Below are positions 58,027-64,000 of a stretch of 64,000 bases of DNA, piece by piece. Each line of letters opens with the position of its first letter. The first letter of the stretch is position 1. Under the pieces are notes generated by a model. It was not told the origin of the DNA. It did not search any database and worked only from the letters and a program-made list of their open reading frames with translations. The position numbers and the translations under genes are program-made. Origin of the DNA: an uncultured Acidobacteriota bacterium. Lineage in GTDB: Bacteria; Acidobacteriota; Thermoanaerobaculia; Multivoradales; UBA5704. Location of the stretch: positions 4,000,001 through 4,064,000 of the forward strand of contig CAVYRF010000002.1 of NCBI GenBank assembly GCA_963770895.1, written 5' to 3'.

Positions 58027-59112
58027 ATGCTGGATTCTCCGTCGCCGCGACGCTCCATGAGCCTCGATCGGTTCCTCCTGCGGATGCCCAAGGTTGAGCT
58101 GCACGTCCACCTGGAGGGGGCGATGCGCCCCTCGGTGCTGATCGAGCTGGCCCGCCGCAACGGCGTCGAGCTGCCCGCGGCGGACGAAGCGGGGCTCAAA
58201 CGCTGGTTCCGCTTCCGCGATTTCGAGCACTTCGTGCAGGTCTACCTGACGTGCTCGCGCTCGCTGCGCGCGCCCGAAGACTTCAAGCTCCTGGCCAGCG
58301 ACTTTCTCGCCGAGCAGGCAATGCAGAACGTCGCCTACAGCGAGGTGCACTTCACAATCTCGACTCACCTCGCCAACGGCGTCAACGGTGGCGAGGTGCT
58401 GGACGCGCTGGCCGAGGCGATCGCCGAAGGGGAGAGCCGCTTCGGCGTCGTCATGCGCCTGATCCCCGACGTGGTGCGCAACGTCGGTCCCGAAGCGGCG
58501 GACAAGACGGTGGAATGGGCGCTGGCCGGGCGCGGCCGCGGTGTCGTGGCGCTGGGCCTTTCGGGCAGCGAAGCGCGCTTCCCCAACGCGCCGTTCCGCC
58601 CCCACTTCGAGGCGGCGCGGGCGGCGGGCCTGCACCGCGTGGCCCACGCCGGCGAGCACGCCGGACCCGATTCGATCCGCTCGGTGATCGAAGTCTGCGG
58701 CGCCGAGCGCATCGGCCACGGCATCCGCGCCTGGGAGGACCCGGCGTTGCTCGACGAGCTGCGCTCCAACCGCATCCCGCTGGAGGTCTGCCCTTCGTCC
58801 AACCTGTGCCTGGGCGTGGTGCCGGACCTGGACCATCACCCCTTCGACCGCCTGTACCGCGCCGGCGTCCACCTGTCGGTCAACTCGGACGACCCGGCGT
58901 TCTTCAATACCAACCTGACGCGCGAGTACCTGCGCCTGGGCCAGACGTTCGGCTACGAGGCCGCCGACCTGGCGGGGCTGGCTCTGGCCGGCCTGCGCCA
59001 GTCGTTTCTGCCGGAGCCGGAGCGCATCGCCATGGAGGCGCGCTTCCAGGCCCAGCTGGCGAGCCTGGGCCACGAGCTGTTCGGCGCCCCCATCCAACCC
59101 GCCATCAATTGA
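58027..59112 (+). CDS. add: Adenosine/adenine deaminase
   Basis: PKVELHVHLEG, HAGE, RIGHG, CPSSN, NSDDP; start codon 58027 or 58057. Confidence 0.9.
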   Translation: MLDSPSPRRSMSLDRFLLRMPKVELHVHLEGAMRPSVLIELARRNGVELPAADEAGLKRWFRFRDFEHFVQVYLTCSRSLRAPEDFKLLASDFLAEQAMQNVAYSEVHFTISTHLANGVNGGEVLDALAEAIAEGESRFGVVMRLIPDVVRNVGPEAADKTVEWALAGRGRGVVALGLSGSEARFPNAPFRPHFEAARAAGLHRVAHAGEHAGPDSIRSVIEVCGAERIGHGIRAWEDPALLDELRSNRIPLEVCPSSNLCLGVVPDLDHHPFDRLYRAGVHLSVNSDDPAFFNTNLTREYLRLGQTFGYEAADLAGLALAGLRQSFLPEPERIAMEARFQAQLASLGHELFGAPIQPAIN

Positions 59113-59223
59113 CGGCGGGCCGCGATTGCGGGATTATTCCCCGCAGATCTCCGTGTTGTAGAGCAGGTTGCAACAGGGTTGAGACATCACGTCAGGACCG
59201 GTGATACCCGGAAAGGCTGCATC

Positions 59224-59940
59224 ATGGTGAATTCTTCTGAGCTGCGGCACCACGCGCCGCGCCGGCACGCCGTCGGAATTCTAATGCTGGCGCTGGCCGC
59301 CTCCACCCTGACCGCGGTCGGCGCGCTGTCGGCGCCGCTGCACAGCGTCGGCACCTTGGTGCCTGGTGCTGTGCAAGCTCTGCGCCAGGTCCAGGGTTTG
59401 TCGCCGCAGGCCCTCGCCGGCGCCCTGGACGCCATGGCCGCCGCCCGCGCCCGCGGCATCGACGGCCGCGACGACGTGCTGACGGTGATCGACTACTCGC
59501 TGCCCTCGACGCAGCCGCGGCTGTGGGTGCTGGACCTGGCGCACGGCACGGTGCTGTTCAGCGAGCTGGTGGCGCACGGCGCGGGCAGCGGCGACAACTA
59601 CGCGGTGCACTTTTCCAACGAGATGAACAGCCGCCAGACCAGCCTGGGCCTGTTCCTCACCGGCACCACCTACGAAGGCGGCAACGGCTACTCGCTGCGC
59701 CTGCAGGGGCTGGACAGCGGCGTCAACGACCTGGCCGCGGAGCGCAACATCGTCATGCACGGCGCCTGGTACGTCAGCGCCGACCACGCCCGCCGCTACG
59801 GCCGGATCGGCCGCAGCTGGGGGTGCCCCGCGCTGCCCCAGGATGTCGCTCCAAGGGTGATCGACACCATCAAGGGCGGCAGCTTCATCTACGCCTACGC
59901 GGTCGCCAACCCGACGTCCGTCCAGCGCACCGTCGACTGA
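59224..59940 (+). CDS. Murein L,D-transpeptidase catalytic-domain protein (YkuD_2)
   Basis: IDYSLPS, VAHG.GSG, IVMHGA.Y, GRSWGCPA. Confidence 0.88.
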   Translation: MVNSSELRHHAPRRHAVGILMLALAASTLTAVGALSAPLHSVGTLVPGAVQALRQVQGLSPQALAGALDAMAAARARGIDGRDDVLTVIDYSLPSTQPRLWVLDLAHGTVLFSELVAHGAGSGDNYAVHFSNEMNSRQTSLGLFLTGTTYEGGNGYSLRLQGLDSGVNDLAAERNIVMHGAWYVSADHARRYGRIGRSWGCPALPQDVAPRVIDTIKGGSFIYAYAVANPTSVQRTVD

Positions 59941-59948
59941 ACCGGCAA

Positions 59949-59990
59949 CCCCTCAGACCCCCAGACCCCCAGACCCCCAGACCCCCCAGA
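59949..59990. repeat. 8-bp tandem repeat (AGACCCCC)n
   Basis: Five C tracts of 4-6 nt, mostly separated by AGA. Confidence 0.8.
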
Positions 59991-60076
59991 TCGTCAAGCC
60001 CGCCTGGCGTCCCGCCGCCGCGCCGGCGCGCCCCCCTGCCGATTGGGAGGTGCCGGCCGGGCGCCGCCGGTACTTT

Positions 60077-60694
60077 TTACATGCTGGGGATCTCTTCGAG
60101 GTGGGGGAGCGGTGCGTCCAGGACGTCGGAAAACAGCGTCAGGACGCGCAGCGTGAGGCCCCACAGCACCTGGCCGCGGCAGCGGATGGCCGGATAGAGC
60201 ATCTGGCGGCCGTCGCGCTGCCAGTGCACGCTGCTGGCGTTGGCCGGGTCCCAGAGCTGGGTCAGCGGCTGCCAGAACGCCTCGGCCACCTCGTCGCTGC
60301 CGGCGAGCGGCGCCAGGGCGGGGCCGAGGTAGTAGACGAACGGCGACAGGATCAGCTGGCGGTCGGCCGGTCCCAGGCGCACCGGCACCTGCGACAGCCC
60401 GCCCAGGTAGTGCCGCGGGCCCAGCGCCAGGCCGACCTCTTCCAGCGTTTCGCGCTCGGCGACCGCCTGCGGGTTGGGGTCGCCGGCGTCGGCGTGCCCG
60501 CCGGGCAGGGCCAGGTGCCCCGACCAGGGATCGCCCAGCCGTTCGGCGCGCCGGATGAGGCACAGCGACAGGTCGTCGTCGGCGCCGGCCAGGACCAGCG
60601 CCACCGAGGCGCCGAGGTGGTGCGGCTGGGGTTCGACCAGGCGCGGCTGATGGCCGGCGAGGGCCTGCCTGATCTGATCGAGAAGGATGCGCAT
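60077..60694 (-). CDS. Nudix hydrolase, CoA pyrophosphatase-like
   Basis: WSGHLALPGG...AERETLEEVGL; LWGLT. Confidence 0.88.
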   Translation of the reverse strand: MRILLDQIRQALAGHQPRLVEPQPHHLGASVALVLAGADDDLSLCLIRRAERLGDPWSGHLALPGGHADAGDPNPQAVAERETLEEVGLALGPRHYLGGLSQVPVRLGPADRQLILSPFVYYLGPALAPLAGSDEVAEAFWQPLTQLWDPANASSVHWQRDGRQMLYPAIRCRGQVLWGLTLRVLTLFSDVLDAPLPHLEEIPSM

Positions 60695-60875
60695 CGCTGC
60701 TCCCGGGCGGCGCGGCCGCCTGCCACGCGGCGTCATTTCCGCCGGAACCGCGCGGATAACTGACGCCAGATCGGAATGCCGCGCCGCGGCGAGGTCCACT
60801 GCCGGTTGCTATATTGCCGCTGTAGTCCCGCTGGATCGTCCACCGCCGTGCGCGGTGGCGACACTCTCATAATCG

Positions 60876-63800
60876 ATGGCCGAGCGGAAGGACGTAATCT
60901 CAGGCGGGCGCGACCTCGGCCTCCAGGAGCCCGAGGCCGGCGCCGAGCAGGCAGGCGGAGTCTCTCCCAGCTCCCCCGCGGAGCGCGCTGCCGCGCTGCC
61001 GGCATGGCTGCGCCGCGAAACGGCGCGGGTGCTGGCGCTGGACCCCGAGGTGCTGGCGCCGGACCGGTCGCTGTTGGCCCACGGCCTGGATTCGCTGGCG
61101 GCGGCCGAGCTGGCGGCGGCGATCGAAGAGAACCTGGGGCTGGCGCTGTCGCCCGCCACCCTGCTGGAAGGCCCCACCCTAGCCGAGCTGGAGGAGGAGC
61201 TGCTGCGGCAGCTGGCGGCGAGCTCCGCCCAGGCGCCGCCGCGGCCGGCGGGCGAGGCCGGCGGCGGCCCGGCGCCGGCGACGCAGGCGAGCGCGGGGGC
61301 CGAGGACGCTCCGCCGCCGCCAGCGGCACCGGCGGCCGCGGCCGCGGCGCGGTACCCGCTGTCGTTCGGCCAGCGGGCGCTGTGGGTGGTCGACCGCATG
61401 GCCGCGGCGGGCAACCCGGCCTACATCATCTCGGGCGCGGCGCGCGTGCTGGGAGAGCTGGAGGGCGGCCGGCTGCACCTGGCGCTGCAGGCCCTGGTGC
61501 TGCGCCACGCGGCGCTGCGCACGCGCTTCGCGGTGGCGGACGGCGAGCCGTACCAGGAGGTCGGCGAGGAGCCGGCCTTCGAGTTCTGCGAAGAGGACGC
61601 CGGGGCGTGGAGCGACCAGGAGCTGCGCGCCCGCCTGGTCGAGGAAGCGCACCGCCCCTTCGACCTGACGCGCGGGACGCTGCTGCGCTTTGCCCTGTTC
61701 CACCGCGGCGGCGAGCACGCCGATCGCAGGGGGGGCGGCGGCGGCGATCCCGTGGTGCTGTTCGCGGTGCACCACATCGTCGCCGACTTCTGGTCGCTGG
61801 GAGTGATGCTGGACGACCTGGGCAAGCTCTACGGCGGCGTCGCGCCGCCGGCGCTGACCAGCTCGTACGGCGACGCGATCTGCGCCCAGGCGGCGCGCCT
61901 GGCGGGCGAGGACGGCCGGCGCCTGGAGTCGTTCTGGCGCCAGGCCCTGGCCGGCAGCCCGTCGGCGCTGGAGCTGCCGACCGACCGGCCGCGGCCGGCG
62001 CGCCAGACCTTCGCCGGCGGCGCGCGCAGCCTGTGGCAGGGGCGGGCGGCGACCGCGGGGCTGCGGGTGGTGGCGCAGGAGGGCGGTGCGACGGCCTTCA
62101 TGACGCTGCTGGCGGCGTACATGGTGCTGCTCCACCGCTACAGCGGCCAGGAGGAGGTGCTGGTCGGGACGCCGACGTCGGGTCGCACGGCGCCCGAGCT
62201 GGCGGGGCTGGTGGGCTACTTCGTCAACCCGGTGGTGCTGCGCGGCGACCTGACCGGCGGGCCGAGCTTCGCCCAGGTGCTGGCGCGCGTTCGCCAGCGC
62301 GCGCTGGCGGCGTTCGCCCACCAGGACTACCCCTTCGCGCTGCTCGCGGAGCGGCTCGAGGTCGAGCGGGACGCCAGCCGGTCGCCGGTGTTCCAGGCGA
62401 TGTTCGTGCTGTACCGCGAGCGCCGCCGCGAAGAGCGCGGCCTGGCCGGCTTTGCGCTGGGCGCCGGCGGCATGGTGCTGGACCTGGGGGCGCTGGCGAT
62501 GGAGTCGCTGGCGCTGCCGCGGCGCACGGCGCAGCTCGACCTCACCCTGCTGATGGCGGAGATCGAGGGCGTCCTGGCCAGCACGCTGCAGTTCAACAGC
62601 GATCTGCTGGACGCGGCGACGGCGGAGCGCATGCTGCGCCAGCTGCAGCACCTGCTGGCGGCGCTGGGTGGCGCGCACGCCCGCGGCCCTGGGCAGCTTG
62701 CGTGGCGCGAGCGGCCGGTCGGCGAGCTGCCGCTGCTGTCCCCCGCCGAGACCCACCAGCTGCTGGAGTGGAACGACGCGCCCCCCGCGGCGCCGGGGGC
62801 CTTCGGTCTGCCGGTGCCGGCGGTGCCGGCGGCGGCAGGGGCTGGGGCGCCGGCGGGCATCCACCAGCTGTTCGAGCGGCAGGCGGCGGCGCGGCCGCGC
62901 GACGTCGCGGTGGCCGGCCAGGGGGTGGCGCTCACCTATGGCGAGCTGGAGCGGCGGGCCAACCGCCTGGCGCGCTACCTGCGCGGGCTGGGAGTGGAAA
63001 ACGAAGTGCGGGTGGGGGTCTGCGTCGAGCGCACGCCGCAGATGGTGGTGGCTCTGCTGGCGATCCTCAAGGCGGGCGGCGCCTATGTGCCGCTCGATCC
63101 GGGCCATCCGGCGGAGCGCCTGGCGCTGGTCCTGGGCGACAGCGCGATGTCGGTGCTGGTCACCGAGGAAGCCTGGCTGCCGCGCCTTGAGTCGCTGGGG
63201 GCGCAGGGCGGAGCGGAGTCGGGAGCGGCGGGCGGCGGCCCCTTCATCGTCTGCCTCGACCGCGAGGCGGAGTGGATCGACGCCGAAGAGGACGCGCCGC
63301 TGGCCCTGGCGGTGGCGCCGCAGCAGCTGGCGTACCTGATCTACACCTCGGGGTCGACCGGCCGGCCCAAGGGGGTCGGCCTGCCGCACGGCGCGGTGGT
63401 CAACTTCCTGGCGACGATGGCCGAGCGCCCCGGCCTGGGCGCCGGCGACGTGCTGCCGGCGCTGACCACGCTGACCTTCGACATCGCCGGCCTGGAGATC
63501 TACCTGCCGCTGGCGGTGGGCGGCCGCGTCGAAGTCATCGGCCGCGACGAGGGCGCCGACGGCGCGCGCCTGGCGGCGCGGCTGCGCGCCGCGGGGGCGA
63601 CGGCGATGCAGGCGACGCCGGCCACGTGGCGGCTGCTGCTCGATTCCGGCTGGCAGGGGCAGGCGGGCCTCAAGGGGCTGTGCGGCGGCGAGGCGCTGCC
63701 CTGGGAGCTGGCGACGGCGCTCGTGGCGCGCGGCGTCGAGCTGTGGAACGTCTACGGCCCGACGGAGACCGCCATCTGGTCGGCGACGACGCGGGTGACC

Positions 63801-64000
63801 GACCCGGCGCCCGGCAGGGTGGTGGGGCTGGGGCGGCCGATCGCGCGCACCCAGCTCCACGTCCTGGGCCGCGGCGGCGAGCCGGTGCCGGCGGGGGTCG
63901 CGGGCGAGCTGCTGATCGGCGGCGCCGGCGTGGCGCGCGGCTATTGGGGCCGCCCGGACCTGACGGCTGAGCGGTTCGTCCCCGACGCCTGGGCCGGCGA
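60876..64000 (+). CDS. NRPS, 3'-partial: ACP/T - C - A (Gly predicted)
   Basis: Absent from the ORF track (no stop in window); GLDSLAAAEL, HHIVADFWS, YTSGSTGRPKG, YGPTE; hand-read code DILQLGVIW(K). Confidence 0.9.
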   Translation, partial: MAERKDVISGGRDLGLQEPEAGAEQAGGVSPSSPAERAAALPAWLRRETARVLALDPEVLAPDRSLLAHGLDSLAAAELAAAIEENLGLALSPATLLEGPTLAELEEELLRQLAASSAQAPPRPAGEAGGGPAPATQASAGAEDAPPPPAAPAAAAAARYPLSFGQRALWVVDRMAAAGNPAYIISGAARVLGELEGGRLHLALQALVLRHAALRTRFAVADGEPYQEVGEEPAFEFCEEDAGAWSDQELRARLVEEAHRPFDLTRGTLLRFALFHRGGEHADRRGGGGGDPVVLFAVHHIVADFWSLGVMLDDLGKLYGGVAPPALTSSYGDAICAQAARLAGEDGRRLESFWRQALAGSPSALELPTDRPRPARQTFAGGARSLWQGRAATAGLRVVAQEGGATAFMTLLAAYMVLLHRYSGQEEVLVGTPTSGRTAPELAGLVGYFVNPVVLRGDLTGGPSFAQVLARVRQRALAAFAHQDYPFALLAERLEVERDASRSPVFQAMFVLYRERRREERGLAGFALGAGGMVLDLGALAMESLALPRRTAQLDLTLLMAEIEGVLASTLQFNSDLLDAATAERMLRQLQHLLAALGGAHARGPGQLAWRERPVGELPLLSPAETHQLLEWNDAPPAAPGAFGLPVPAVPAAAGAGAPAGIHQLFERQAAARPRDVAVAGQGVALTYGELERRANRLARYLRGLGVENEVRVGVCVERTPQMVVALLAILKAGGAYVPLDPGHPAERLALVLGDSAMSVLVTEEAWLPRLESLGAQGGAESGAAGGGPFIVCLDREAEWIDAEEDAPLALAVAPQQLAYLIYTSGSTGRPKGVGLPHGAVVNFLATMAERPGLGAGDVLPALTTLTFDIAGLEIYLPLAVGGRVEVIGRDEGADGARLAARLRAAGATAMQATPATWRLLLDSGWQGQAGLKGLCGGEALPWELATALVARGVELWNVYGPTETAIWSATTRVTDPAPGRVVGLGRPIARTQLHVLGRGGEPVPAGVAGELLIGGAGVARGYWGRPDLTAERFVPDAWAG

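Noticed and set aside
83-64000. Numerous long antisense and alternate-frame ORFs (e.g. 1898-4330, 6693-9602, 25303-28047, 60776-63190)
   Set aside because: Expected stop-codon scarcity in very GC-rich DNA; they overlap well-supported genes and lack motifs

Overview
Very GC-rich bacterial chromosomal segment. An Acidobacteriota (Thermoanaerobaculia-like) origin is inferred from gene content but not proven. Left to right: an acyltransferase tail, gluQ and a glycan cluster (pyruvyltransferase-GT2 fusion, DegT aminotransferase, GT4, two GT-C proteins). Next is a visibly lower-GC insert with a DUF4062-NACHT-FGE/CLec NLR-like gene divergent from an A-T-TE NRPS plus SyrP-like dioxygenase. Then come secreted hydrolases, a PMI-like bicupin, a decayed mazF, AKR/TetR, a TonB-dependent receptor with a CxxC/RAPP leader ORF, MNT-HEPN, PaaI plus an ILVBL-like ThDP enzyme and an S9 peptidase. 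These are followed by a 20-bp minisatellite, a degenerate radical SAM/SPASM protein, the recN-tsaC-S55-propeller-coaD-add block and the start of an ACP-C-A(Gly) NRPS. The best leads are three: (1) a probable ribosome-stalling metal-sensing attenuator whose stop-codon region is complementary to the receptor Shine-Dalgarno; (2) a radical SAM/SPASM pseudoenzyme that keeps only the four AuxII-type cysteines; (3) the NLR-like/mini-NRPS island. No rRNA, tRNA, CRISPR array, integrase or transposase was recognised. All calls rest on motif recognition by eye, without database searches.
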